This document shows, in pieces, positions 12,330 to 26,140 of a DNA stretch of 64,000 bases. Each line of letters begins with the position of its first letter. The first letter of the stretch is position 1. The stretch lies in NCBI GenBank assembly GCA_951406725.2, contig OX597816.1, positions 126,542,001 through 126,606,000 of the forward strand, written 5' to 3'. This DNA comes from Octopus vulgaris (taxonomy: Eukaryota). The position numbers and the translations under genes were made by a program. The notes beneath the pieces were generated by a model. That model had not been told where the DNA came from, searched no databases, and was given only the letters and a program-made list of their open reading frames with translations.

Positions 12330-14700
12330 GTAATGTCTGAGAGATACTATGACATTTGCAGGCTGGTGGTACTAATCTCAAGTCTACCTCCTCCATTTCT
12401 TTGTATGTAGAGCCTGTCAACATCTCTGTTTCTGTGAAAGTTACTAGCTCATGAGTTGTTTTAACATTCATGGAATAGCTTTCCTCTACAGACCAGTCAA
12501 GCATCTTAAATGCTGGTATCAGCTTTAGTACTGCAAATGTTCTATGAGATATTGTCATGTTAGCAGAGAACTCCAACTGTCATACTTTTTAAAGCCTGGT
12601 GTAATTTTTTTCAGTTACTCTGTGTTCACAACACATTTGTGCATTACATTTTCATCAATGTCTAGGTATTTGTAGCATTCTTTGTGTGGAAAATGAGAGA
12701 TAGAGAAATCATTGACACAGGTTCTGGGTTTGGAGAACTGATTTTCTACATTCAACAATCAAATATGAACACTTCTTTTGGCCAAATTCCACTCTTATGT
12801 CAGTTGAAAATATTGTTATTAACTCCAGATGTTTTCAACACTGTAAACATTTTTAGCATAGATCTTCAGGTCAACCACAAAGAAATTATGGATTTTATTG
12901 GTATCTCTAGCAGTCACAGACTCTAACATGTAGTTATGGAAATTTTGTAACAGAAATGATATTGGATTTATATTATCTCGTGATATTCCCTTTGAAATAT
13001 TTATAACATCAAAGCTGATCATTGCACTCTCACTTGTAAGTGTAAGGATTGTTACCAAAGTCTTTGTGAACTTCTGAATGGCGGGAATTGAGGTTACAAG
13101 TACTTTTATTAAGTGTAGAGATTTCAGCAACTATAAGTGGGGAATAGAGTTGAACGTCAAATACGTTCCTATAATCAAACCACATTGCATTTTCACAAGT
13201 TTTCTGTTGTTTTCCTGCTTCAGACAGCACAGCCTTATCAAAAGTTGTTCAGTATGTCCCCACACTTTCTCCTTACCACTTGCCTGCTAATCAGTTACCA
13301 TGTTGTTGACTTAGATGATTATGTTGCAATTGGTTAACATTGCATAAAGCTGGAAAACAATGTTTAGGCAAGCAATGGGCCTTTAGTTTTTTACCAACTT
13401 AGTGGTTTTGTCTTAGCTTCAAGATTTGTCTGTACTAGTTTGCTATAGCAAATTGGCCTTCCATTGTTCTTTTAATATTTATAATGGTTTCTATAGTAGG
13501 TTAGCCTCCTGTATCAGTATCCATCTATTAGGGTTCTTCCATGTACCACATTATTATTTAGTTGTGTACAACTTTGGTGCAAGTTTCAAGGTCAGTTGTG
13601 TATGTTTTACTGATGATGTTGGTCCAGTATTCTTTCCTTACTGTATTTAGCCATGATGCATCCTGGCTGAAATCTCTCTTTTTGTTCCAGATATGAAACC
13701 AGAATGATTCAAGATCTTCTTGTGATGGGCTTTCTTAATGGTAATGTTTTTCTTCCTTATCTCCTGGTAAAATACCTGTAGATTGGAAGGAAACTTGACA
13801 TTCAAACTAGCTTGCTCAAACATTTTTCTACAATAATGAAGTTTTTTTCTTTAGTGTTCTACATGCTTTAAAGTAATTAGCTTTCTCTCAAGAGCTTGAC
13901 ATGAAGAGTTGCCACAGAGCTTTGCTATTGTTTGCCTAAGATGCAATTGGTGAGGTATGAACTCATTATCCTACTTACATTTTATTACTGTGCTTAACCA
14001 TCTAACATGGCAATGCCACTTCTTGGTGTTTATTTCAAGTTTTGTTTTCTGTTTGGATTGCTTCTGTTTAATAATTTCATTAGCATGTGCACTGCAGGTT
14101 TCTTGGAAGTGTTCTTTAAGTGTAATAGCAGCTATGTATAGGAAGGTGTTAAATTGTCCAATAGTTAACATCTCATGATTCCATTGTTCTCCAGTGACAT
14201 CATCAATAACAAGCAGTTGGCATTTTCTATAACCACTTTAAGAATGACCTATAACTCAAAGACAATTTAGAAGAACTGGAAAATTTTTTTATGAACTGAG
14301 ATTTAAAATTATTCCTAAGTTGAATATATTTCACTGTCTTCTTTTTCAAATTGGTTACATTACTTTTGATCTCTTATGGCAGATTTTGGTTGTTTCAGAG
14401 TCTCTTAAGAAGATCTGTTTGCATCACAGGAATTAGAATAACCATTACTTTCTGTGAAAGCCATATTTGTTTGCAAAGAATGCTGTGGCTGTTTTGCTCT
14501 AAAATATTTTAAGTTAGGATGACATTTGTCCCGTAGTTTTTAGCCACTTAGTTTAGCTGATAGAAGGATCATCTGAGACTTTTCCATTGCACCGAAGTAG
14601 ATCTTGTACAAACATCATCTTAAATAACTTACAGGTGTCATAGTAAAGCTTGTGTTGTTGTTGTTATCAATATCAGCCATGATTGCATGATTGCCATAGC
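12330..14700 (-). pseudogene. Long degenerate R4/Dong-like LINE fragment
   Basis: Minus-strand WFDYRNVFD and HNFFVVDLKIYAK motifs, homologous to the 10230-11215 fragment. Boundaries approximate. Confidence 0.7.
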
Positions 14701-15535
14701 AAAATTTCACACGGTGTTTCACATATTTTGTAATCCTGTCCAAATAACATTTTGTTGGCATGTAAAAGGTGTTTCTCTTATTTGTAGCAGCAGAAATAAT
14801 CCAGTTACTGATTTAGGCTAGAGGGGTCAGCACAGCTGTAAAAGAAAACGTTCAAAAGGCATTTTAGATAGTTCTCTATACCTGCAAATTCGATGTTGAC
14901 AGTGCCATGTTATATATATGTATGGAAGCATACACACATGCATGCAAAAATGAATAAATGGATGATGAAGTGTTTCTGTCAATTTCAACAATAGTGTTGC
15001 ACTGATATCTTTTAACACTATTGTTGAAATGCTATATTAGAATTTTCCATTGTCATTTAAGTATTTGAATGGAAAGTAATGGCATGGGTATATAGAATAT
15101 TCAATAAGGAACTTCATTTGTTTCACATTTTTCATGATAATCAAATATATGCATTCAAATATTTCACAAACATTTACCTAAGACCAAATAAGTAGGCTAG
15201 AGATTGTGCCTTATAATATTTGTTTAACATAAATTTTCAAGTCCGTCTCAAACGATTCATAAGTTTGTGAATATTGCTTGACAGATGTATAAGAAGGCAC
15301 TGCTGCATATTGTATAATACATATTTGCACAATTTGTTGATGTGGATAAGGTTGGAATAGATTGTAGAAGCTATCAATGGCTAATTATTGGAATATCCTC
15401 TTTCAGATCATAAAATAGAATTTTCCTTAATAGAAGGCCTTGCAAAACAATTGGTTTACTGGAACTCTAAGCAGACATAATTTCAGACTAGCTTGCAAAA
15501 TTTGTGAAGTGAAGGAGAGAGGACAATGTCAACTG

Positions 15536-15746
15536 TAAGGGAGTACTGAAAAGTTCCTAGCTTGAAGGGTATTACAAAAGGCCTGGTTAGAGGCTCAACC
15601 TTCTGAGGTTGGGCTTAGGAAAACTGAAGGACTGCTGCACTAAGTGTGTGAATCTGAGATGGGAATATGTTGAATAAAATCATAATTAACTGATCCTCTT
15701 GTATTCCCTTTTACCCAAAGCCAGGACTTATCATCACCCACTCATA
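15536..15746 (+). mobile_element. Internally deleted mariner element (MITE)
   Basis: Degenerate TIRs (GGGAGTACTGAAAAGTTCCTAGCTT / AAGCCAGGACTTATCATCACCC). Retains transposase C-terminus KDCCTKCVNLRWEYVE*. Second copy at 56271. Confidence 0.75.
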
Positions 15747-17074
15747 CATGTACACTTTAGAAAATAATAGTTATCAGATATTCAACCAATAGATTGTTAT
15801 TGTTTTACTAGGAATAAAGAAGTAGAAAATTATTACATATTTTCTTCTTCATTTTTTTTTTCAGTTTAATATATTATTTGACAATTTGTTACCAATATAT
15901 TTTTACTGATTAAAATATTGTAAATTAAAATGCAAGGTGAATAATTTGTTGTCATTTGTGCAAATAACTTATTGAATTATGAAAGAAAACTGACTGTTTA
16001 TTTGTCAAGATGTTCTCTTCTTTATACATTCAAAAATATTGTAATTGAAACAGAAGCAGCAAAGTGATAGTTTACTGAACTGTGTCTTGGAACTTCAGTA
16101 CAAGTTAGTATCATCTTTTACAGAATGAAAGATGTCAACTAATTAAAGTATTGATACAGAGGTTTAAAAAAATTGATAAATATTCTAATACCGTGTTCTT
16201 TGATTTATTAGTAATAATATTTTATCATAACTAATAAATGTATGAAAAGAAGCAACAATGCTGTTCTTCTGTGCAGGTGTTTTATTTTTAAATAAAAACA
16301 TTGAAATAATATAAAAATCAGTTTAGGAGTCATATCTGAAATGCTTATCTTTGTTAATATGGTTAAGGAATTAATCTATTCTATCATAAATATTGTACAT
16401 TCACGATAAAGAAAAGAACCAGATACTCGATAATAATTTGCTAACAATGCAAAGTTATACCTAATATGTGAATAATAAAGCAATGAAATATAATTTCCCA
16501 AGAGTTAAATTTTATATTTACAAAAGAATAATAAGTAGTAAAGTTAGCTCACCCACTTATTAGAAATAATTGCAACTTCATTGAAATTTGATTCTTATTA
16601 ATGTAATTTATCATTATTCAGTTTTTGGAACACAACACTCAGACATATTTAAAATGCTCTGCTTTTTAAGATTTGTCTGAATCTCTATTTTTGGCATTTT
16701 CAATACATATCCAATCACCTCTTCATTTCAGTGTTATTCCACTTCTTTGGTGTTGTGCACAGAATATCTAGTGTTCTCTTCTTTTCATATGATATCCTAA
16801 CAATAACATCTTAAGTGTAAACAGAGTTATCTTCTTTCTTATCAAAACTGTCTGTGAATGTAAATCTACTGTCTATTATGGAAATATGCAAAACTGCAAG
16901 CAATCATATTGTACTCTCAAGTTCCAAATGTTTTATAAAATCGATCATCAACCATTAAGAATTCCATCGTTTAAAACTCATATAGATTTTGAACCATTAA
17001 GGGAGACTTTGTGAAGTCACTCAACCTGCTGGAAATAGCAACCAAATATTTCTTAAATTACACCTTACTATTTT

Positions 17075-17268
17075 GTTTTTGGATTTGTTTGCAAGATTCT
17101 TTATATGAGTTCATGTGTTGAAGCATATTCTGTTGTGTCTAAGGAGAGTCATTTTCTTTTTGTGCCTTATAATGTAACACACTCACCTGTAAAATTTCCA
17201 CTTATTTCGTATTTTTATTTTCCTAAAATTTTTGTTGCGTCTTGCAACCTTTTCCATAGTCTTGATTC
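17075..17268 (-). mobile_element. Repeat tail with degenerate U3-A8-type HHR motif, inserted in an older repeat
   Basis: HHR topology at 17223-17259. The left flank (17025-17070) resembles the 107-bp unit at 43291. Confidence 0.4.
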
Positions 17269-17523
17269 TTAAAAAGGATATCCCTAAAAAGAAAACAGGA
17301 TGGTCACAAGTGCACTCTTTTAATCATAGGTGTGTTTAATCAGAATTGAGCTGAGGTTAAACAAGTGATATTAATCTTTAATGGTTAATTATATTTTTTG
17401 AATTCAAGGCCGAAGTCAGTTTTATTTTATATGTGATTCTTTTAATATCTTGAATATTTTATAAACGTTAACTTAATATCTAAACGTTTTTCAAAAAATT
17501 TATTATCATGTGAAATATAAGTA

Positions 17524-18140
17524 ATCATCATCATCATCATCATCAATTAACGTCCGTTTTCCATGCCGGCATAGGCTGGATGGTTTGACTGAAGTCTGGA
17601 GAGCCAGCAGCTGCACCAAGCTCTAATATGATCTGGCAAAATTTCTACAGCTGGATGCCCTTCCTAACACCAAGCACTCTGAGAGTGTAGTGGGTGCTTT
17701 CTACGTGTCACTAACGCAGGAGCCAGTCAGGTAGGCCTGGCAATGATCATGTTCAGATGGTGCTTTTTATGTGTCACTGGCACAGGAGCCAGTCACAGGG
17801 TGCTGGCATCGGTCATGATCGGTTGATGCTTTTTACATGCCACCAGCATGCGAGCCAGTCAGGTAGACTTGGTATCGACCACGTTCAGATGGTGCTTTTT
17901 ATGTGTCATTGGCACGGGAGTCAGTCTGGGGATACTGGCATCGGCCACGTTTAGTTAGTGCTTTTTATGTGCCACTGGCACAGGAGCCAGTCAGGCAGAC
18001 CTGGCATTGACCACGTTTGGATGGTGCTTTTTACATGCCACCAGTACACTAGCCAGTCAGGGGGCTCCGGCTCCACCTACGATATTGATTTTACTTGACT
18101 CAACAGGTCTTCTCAAGCATATCATATCGCCCAGCATATC
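17524..18140 (-). mobile_element. (GAT)n-tailed SINE-like element with internal ~62-bp tandem array
   Basis: Starts with (CAT)n on +; contains CAGCTGGATGCCCTTCCTAAC; about six GGTGCTTTTTA... repeats. Confidence 0.8.
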
Positions 18141-18239
18141 AGGGATTTCTGTTAATTTACAGATCATTAAAATATCTTTGTTCAATCCCTGTAATGACAA
18201 TATTTTGTATAGGCATAAGCTCATAAATATGGAAGAAGG

Positions 18240-18390
18240 AACAGGTGATTAAATTGACCTCAGTACTTAACTAGGACTTTATTTTATCGATACCAGAAAG
18301 TTGAAACACAAAGTTGACGTTGAACTCAAAATGCAAACAACCTGAACAAGTACTGCAAAGCTTTTTATCTCATGCTCTAATGATTCTAAA
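18240..18390 (-). mobile_element. Degenerate SINE of the 9696 family
   Basis: TTGACCTCAGTACTTAACTAGGACTTTATTTTATCGA...AAAGTTGAC similarity. Confidence 0.6.
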
Positions 18391-20285
18391 CTGATCTCCA
18401 GCTAAACCCTATAATTGTTATTTAGGAATTATTCAAATCTCAACCACTTAGAATCTTTCATTAGCTTCAACAACAATCACTAATTTTCCTTCTGTACAGT
18501 CTTTCACTACTCCATTTTATCTGTATAAAACCATTCTTTAAGTATTACTGAAAATAAATCACTTCATTGAAAAGATAGACTATAAATAAACAGTAGATAA
18601 CCTGGTAAAATTCAGCAACAGATGTAAACATTAACTATCTCTTGAGAAATCTATTCAAAATGATAGTTTTTCCATTAAGTATGGTATTTTATGAGATTAC
18701 TAAAAGAGAAGATATTCAGCATTTTTTATATAGATATAGTTTCTAGGAACACAAAGATATCATAGAGCAAAGTGTTTATTAACTAGACATCACTTCAGTG
18801 CCAAAAGATTAGATGAAGTGCACCCTTTAACTTAATTTTGTTCTTTTGATGCATTAACTCAATTCTATAAACTGGTATGTTACCACAAAGCCGCTATTTA
18901 CTAACGCTTTTGTTTTATAGAAAACTGGCTCTTGAATTTGGTCAGACCACTTTCCTAGAAACAAGAAATGTTAATTCTTCCACAGGCTATTCTCTAAGAT
19001 ATCATCAGATAAAATAGAAACAATTTGAATTTTTTGTCAAAATATGTAAAAGACAAATGAAAAGTAGCAACTCTAAATTGTTTAAAAACTTGTTCTGAAT
19101 GATACAGGCCAATAATCCATTAATAATTTGGTTCTTGTGTAAAGTGATGTGATTTCAGCATGGTGTGGCTGTATGGCTAAAAATTTGCTTACCAAGCATA
19201 TCGTTTAGAGTCAGCTCTACTACATAGCACCTCATAAAAACTACCACACTCTTTTGTCAGTGGAATTTTCTAACCAGAAAATGATGTATGAGAGAAGGGA
19301 CCAGAACAAGTTTCTTCCTGTAGAAGAGCTACATGCTTACTCTCATTATAGAATGGAGATGGAAAGATATAAACTAGTGATAATGTAGTGTCATTGTGGA
19401 ACCTCAAAGTACAAGGTGGCTAGAAGTGATTGGAGGACAGGCAAACTGGGATTGTTGGTGGGTAGTAGTTGGGAAAGATAGTGAAAAGTAAGTGACATCT
19501 GAAAAAAATTGGACAGGTTTGATGGATGGATGTGATGAATGGTGGATACAGAGTGGGTGGAAGGGGTGATCAGGGATACATATGATTTAAGGTGGGAGGA
19601 AGAGGAGAGTAGGAAATGAGTGACAGTGTAGAAAAAGAAGGGATGAAGGGGAACTGTCTTCTGAAGTTCTCTGCATTCAAGACGCATATTCTACTACCAT
19701 CTAACATCTCAGTCCAAACACAAGTGTTATCTGCCTTTCAGTCCAAGGAAAAAACGGTTGCTGCCATCAATGGTACTTGTTCCTTGAACTTTTCCAGCCT
19801 GTTCTTAGCCTGGTTACTATAGTTTTAAAGCAACCTACACCTCTCCAACTAAATACATTCCTTGGTGACATAAGGTGACAATTACTTCTCTTGAGCCAGC
19901 TGGGCATCTATTTCAGCAAGAGAATCTATTTCCAGAGTGCTCATGGTACAAAGTGCTCCAATGCATTTGTTTCTTATATAGCTATTGGCCTCTGTTAATC
20001 GGTAATGCTTGTATATGTATGTGTGTTTTGTTAATGAATATCAGCAAAAAATTGTACATATCAGTGAAAACAAACAGAAAAACTGATGTTGTTTGAGGTC
20101 CTGTACAATATTTGTTCTGATTCAAGTTATATTCCCTTGTTTCTTTCTCAATCACAAATTCAGTAAACCAATGATTATTTCATTCAGAAACTGTGGTCAT
20201 TGATGTTATTACCCATTAATTATGATATAAAATAAATTATATATATAAAATGAATTATATATATATATATGTGTATATATATATG

Positions 20286-20322
<37 letters not shown>

Positions 20323-22196
20323 TTTTACAAAGTAATTTGGCTTTATATAAAAGAAAATGGCTGCTATTATTCTGGTTGGTTCTTTTTTATAATGCAATCT
20401 TTATCACAGCTAAAGCATTAGAATATTTTTCTTACTAATTCATCATTTGTTTACTACCATCACTATAATGCATCTTGTTATACTTGCATACCAATTAGGC
20501 TTGCATATATATCACTAGATCATTTTGAAAAAAGATTTTGTCGCTTGTCTTGATTAATAATAAAAACAGGAAGTATGATATTGAATGAATACATCACTAA
20601 TATACATCAATCAAATCAAAGATGAAGGCATCCACCTGTGGAAATGCTAGATCCTTACTGACTCTCTATGCTTCAAAGTACATAACCTTTATAAAGCATA
20701 TGTAAATCTCCCACCTTATTTCTATTTTTCACAACTGCCAAACTATTATTTAATATTTTTCTATCCAACTATCAAATGGCAATAATTCAAACTGTAAATT
20801 ATCTGAATTAACCTCCCTTCTTCATCCCATCTTAAGAAGATTAAAAACTCACTAGCATTTTCTTTCATACCTACATTATCATATAAATTTAAATATATAT
20901 TGAAACATTTGACCACATGATCACATGAAATGATTCCTGAGAACTTCATATTGTAATCACCAATAGGAAATGGTGATATCGAAAATGTTGATTTAAACTT
21001 AAGTATGTTGCTGTTGCTGAGTTGCTTCACAATATATAAAAGTACTCTGAGAGAAGTAGTGAATAAATAGCTTCAATGGATGAGCTTATAAATGTTTGAA
21101 CTGACTTAGTAACAACATTGTGTCTATTAGCAGACATTTATTCTTTTTACATATGAATGTAAAATTGTATGGAAGATGTTTCAGATGTGTATGATAGTTT
21201 ACTTCAAACCCCTAGAGAGCAATGATTTCAGTCAGAAATGGAGTAAGAATGTAAAAAACATAAAACGTTGACACCTGGTTGCAAGTCTAAGAATAATTTC
21301 ACCTCATATACCTATGATGGTACACATACTACATTAATTTACACATACAAAACTAGTTAGGGACTATTATGTTGAAAATGAGTGTTCAACAAACAAGCAA
21401 GTTTATTTTCCCATAGCTAGTCATGTTTTTTATGGAAGAATGGAAATGAATAGCCTCACTTTTATTATTATCATACTGATTTAAAACCATCACATGATGT
21501 CTGGACAAGAGTTCACACATACATATACAATGGATGTATTTCAGTTTCCATCTCCATATTCACTCACAAGTTATCAATTGGTTTTGAGTTATAGTAGAAG
21601 GTGATTCTCAAAGATGCCACACTGTGACTGAACCCAAGAATATATTGTTGGGAAGCAAGTTTGGTAACCACACAACCACACCTACACCTATGTATATATA
21701 TAAATACACACATGTATATGTAATAAGACATACATGCAATATACTTTATGATACTAATAACAGATGATGTTCTGAATTTGAAGTACCAGCCATTTATGTT
21801 TACTATAACTATATTTATATCAGAGATTTATAAGACAATCTTTTAATTCTTCTTTGGTCCACATAAATCCAATTTTATTGAAGTGCACTCTAATAAAAAT
21901 CACAAACAAATGCTGAAAAGCATTGGATTAAAGCTTTGGACTTTAAAATGGTAGCCTCCATAAGATGTAAGCAAGCATATAAACAAGAAATTCCATTGAG
22001 GAATATCTATTAATCTTAACTAAAATTTATTACTTACACTTTAGACTTAGTCCATAGCTTTTGTCTTTGGGTGTCTTTGTTCAAGTACATTCTGTTATAA
22101 GCATATGGGCCAGATTTCCTGTCAGAAAATGACTTCTTCCCTTCCTCTCTTGGAAAGAGTTATGCATTTTACCCTTCTTCCTCTGACTAAATTATA

Positions 22197-22808
22197 TATA
22201 TCCAACTTAACATGAATGCCTTGTTAAACCACCAAATACTGCATTATTAGCCTTGAGAAATCTTCTTATATTGGCATATGGTGCATAAAAGATCGTAGCA
22301 GATGAAATTCATCTGTCATGAGCACCAGAATTCATGTTATTCCAGCCTATTAGACCTCAACAGTGAGAAGTACTGATCATGCCAGTTAAATCTCACTACT
22401 ATAATATATAGGATATCAACATCTTTTTAGACACTGATGTTGCAAATAATCAGCAGGCTTATTGAAAATTAATTATTATGGACAAAAGCAATATTAATAC
22501 CAAAAGAAAATCTTTATATCCAACTTAATATATATGCTCTATCAGAACACTAAATCATTATCCTTGATAGATCCTCTCATATAGATGCAAAGCACACACA
22601 TAGATCATAACAGACAAAATTTGTCTCATGAGCACTGGGATTCCCATTTCACATGGTTCTGGTTTATTGGACTGCATCAATAGATATTTGACTGGCTCGC
22701 AGTGTGTGTGTTTTTAGGCACAAAGCACCTGCATGAGAAAATCTCTCAAGATGAATATCACAGCATTTGTTGTTCTAACCAGGCATTCATAATAAGTTGG
22801 ATATAAAA
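22197..22808 (-). repeat. Two diverged ~318-bp direct repeats plus an inverted partial copy, with degenerate HHR motifs (retrozyme/pLTR-like)
   Basis: TATATCCAACTTAA at 22197 and 22515; inverted AAGTTGGATATA at 22794. Minus-strand CTGTTGA-GGTCT-AAT-AGGCT-GGAA at 22340-22363. Confidence 0.55.
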
Positions 22809-23697
22809 TTTTTGGGTATCAATACTACTACTGTCACTAAGGACTAAAATATCTGTGTGTGTGTGTGTGTGTGTGTATCAATTGAAGAAAAAATGCTAAT
22901 ATTTGATATAATTAGTAAATACACACTTCCTTTTATGAAAAAGAAATATGACTATATTTTGAAAAACCAACATGAAAGACATAAAGATATACTTAAAACA
23001 CTGATTAAAAGATTACAGTGAATTACTTGTAATTCTGAATAAAAAAAAAATAAATAAGCATCAATGTATAAAATATCTGTAGGTATTTGTTTGAACAATT
23101 TAAATTAATGAAGGAAATTTCTTATCTTTTAGAAATTGATAACCCAGGCATATTAAAAATAAATACTTAAAATTCAAGCAAATAGTTTTATACGTAGGTT
23201 CTTTTTTGAAAATAATTGTTCCTAAAGGATTAAAACTTAGTAATATGAATTATTATAAACAAAGTTTAAAGATCAAACAGATCTCATTAAGATCACTAGA
23301 AATATTTTTATTAATAAGGTTTTGTTCAACAAGTATACCACCAGTTTTCTGGAACCTTTAGTTTCAAAACCTTTCTGGTTGATCAGTTCTTTCCAGATGA
23401 AATGTGGCCATATGATAATTCTTCAATAGACCACAGAGCAAATAAATATTCACCTCGCATTCACATCTAGAAACTTAAATTTAACATATATTAAATTATT
23501 AAATGCAATACTTGAATATCTATGAGAGTTTATAAATATTGTATAGGGTAAAAGTTAATGAATACAGTCTGAAGGAATGTTTTATGTATGAAATATAAAT
23601 TATATGTGAATTAATCTAGTGAAATAGTATAGGCATTGTGGATTTAATCACTTAGGTCAAAGGAGTGAGAGCTGTAAGGATTATGTTGTGTTTCATA

Positions 23698-24124
23698 GAC
23701 TCTTTTACTCTTTTACTTGTTTCAGTCATTTGACTGTGGCCTTGCTGGAACACCGCCTTTAGTCCAGCAAATCGACCCCAAGACTTATTCTGTGTAAGCC
23801 TAGTACTTATTCTATCAGTCTCTTTTGCTGAACCGCTAAGTTATGGGCACGTAAACACACCAGCATCGGTTGTCAAGCAATGTTTGGGGGACAAACACAA
23901 GCACACAAACATATACACACACACACACACATACTATATATATATATATATATTTATATACGACAGGTTTCTTTCAGTTTCTGTCTACCAAATTCACTCA
24001 CAAGGCTTTGGTCGGCCTGAGGCTATAGTACAAAGCACTTGCCCAAGGTACCACACGGTGGGACTGAACCCGGAACCATGTCCATTGGTAAGCAAGCTAC
24101 TTACCACACAGCTATTCCTATGCC
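23698..24124 (-). mobile_element. Full-length tRNA-derived CORE-like SINE with internal microsatellite
   Basis: Minus strand: GCTGTGTGGTAAG and GGGTTCAGTCCC boxes, CORE-like CCTTGGGCAAGTG, central TA/TG tract, AAAGAGT tail repeats. Relatives at 48421 and 42980. Confidence 0.85.
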
Positions 24125-24757
24125 TTCACAAATCTACGATTATTTCTTGGTGGATTTGTGAAGATGTAGGAAGCAAATCTAGAGTACTTGAAGCTGAGGG
24201 TTTAGGATTTTCAGATGTAAGCTTACTACTTTGCCACGCATTCTGCTTTGAAATATTTATTCTGAGAAAAGCTTCATATGCTTTTACTGTTATCTGTACA
24301 ATTTTTCAAGTATCTAGTAAAGAGACATTATCTCATGTTCTGTCATGAAGCAATGTCACCCAACCCTTTTAATTACTTCACCTAACACCTCAGTTAGCCT
24401 TACAGCTACACCTGGTTCATCTTCATCTGTGTTTTCATCATCACTTTAATTCTTTTTCTTTGTAGTCATAACAATATCTATGTTTTGTATTTAACACCGG
24501 GATAATTAATAGGTTATTTTTTTTTATTGACATTCATTTGCTGTCACAATGTGTTCACTATGCTTAATGTCTTTGGCACCAGATACCCTAAAACATTTAC
24601 TATATTCATGCAAACCTTTTTAAGTATTTTCTCATTGTCAATATTTTCATCAGGTGAATTCTTAAACATTAACACTGGCCAAATATTATACCAACCATTT
24701 ATTAGTATTGATGGATTTATAGTATCTCTGGTACTAGGAAGAACTAGAGGACATCTT

Positions 24758-25140
24758 TCATCATCATCATCATCATCGTCGTTTAATGTCAGTTTTCCAT
24801 GTTGGCATGGGTTGGACAGTTCAACTGGGGTCTGAGAAGCAAGGAGACTGCACCAGGCCCCAATCTTATCTGGCAGTGTTTCTACAGCTGGATGCCCTTC
24901 TTAATGCCAACCACTCCGAGAGTGTAGTGGGAGCTTTTTACATGCCGCTTGTACAAGGTGCCAGAGGAGCTGGCATTGACCATGATTGGATGGTGCTTTT
25001 TACATGCCACCGGCATGGAAGCCAGTGGCATCGGCCATGTTTGGATGGTGCTTTTTACGTGCTACTGGCACGGGACTCACAATTACAATTTCCATTTGAT
25101 TTAATTTTGATATTGCTGATGTTGATGAACTTGACTCAGC
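24758..25140 (-). mobile_element. (GAT)n-tailed SINE-like element, shorter internal array
   Basis: Aligns with 17524-18140; three GGTGCTTTT-type units. Confidence 0.8.
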
Positions 25141-25879
25141 ATCAGAAGCTAGTCAATACAGCATTAGCATCGGCTTTCCTCTTGTATTATTTAATAAATG
25201 TTTTTATAGTCAAACTAGAATTTACTGTATCTGTCATACATACCATGAAAAGTGATATATGCTACTTAATCTTCAGAGAATGCAGTATTCTTTGATCTTA
25301 ATCTTGAATAATGGATATATAATTTAGTGGTAAATATTCTATAAATACATTGTTATTGTTTTCACACATGAGTTCAACAGTTACCTGAAATACTCACTCT
25401 ATGATGTCTCACATATTGGTTAAGCCAGCTGCCATTTGAATGACAAACTTATAGAACACTTCCATGCCATCAAACTTGTCAACCAGACGTCTGTTTCTCA
25501 CCATTTTGCTTCACAGGCCACACAACAAACCAGCTAACATTGTTTAGCACATACCTGATACATCAGCTTGAGGTTTTGTTAAGAGCATTGATTTCTGTTA
25601 TCTCTAAATCTTCATCTATTTCAGTCTCAATTCACAACCATTCCTCTTCAACAAAACTTCTCATACATTTACACACATACTCACTACATAGACCAACATA
25701 TTTTCATGCAACACTGTCACATCACACACATAAAACAAAAATACACACATGCACTACGCTAAAAACATACACACTAACTTTATACAAATACATGAAATGT
25801 ATGTATGAGAAAATACAGTACAGAGTAAAAAAAATTCATATATGCACACACACACTCTCTCTCTCTCTCTCACATAGAA

Positions 25880-26140
25880 AAGAAAGTATGTAGAGTAGTG
25901 GAAATCAGTTTAGCCATGATGCTAAAGGTCACTGAACTACTAAGAAATTTACAGCTACTTCATCTAGATTACAAGTTCAAGTTTATTGAGGCACTAGGAA
26001 ATATAACAAACTGTCTCAGCACCAATCTTGAGAAATTAGGGTTCTCAAAACCAGGAAGAAGAAATATAATTAAAAAAACACTACAGATACAAGCCATCAA
26101 ATGGATGTCAAAATATAGATAAACCTTCCCTCAAAGTTTA
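25880..26140 (+). pseudogene. LINE C-terminal (restriction-like endonuclease region) remnant
   Basis: ELLRNLQLLHLDYKFKFIEALGNI resembles the KY.EL...IGALG end of R4/Dong ORFs (compare VVIGALG at ~41935). Confidence 0.55.

Noticed and set aside
17690-18070. Repeat-spacer-like pattern
   Set aside because: The apparent spacers are mutually similar diverged units inside a SINE-like element.
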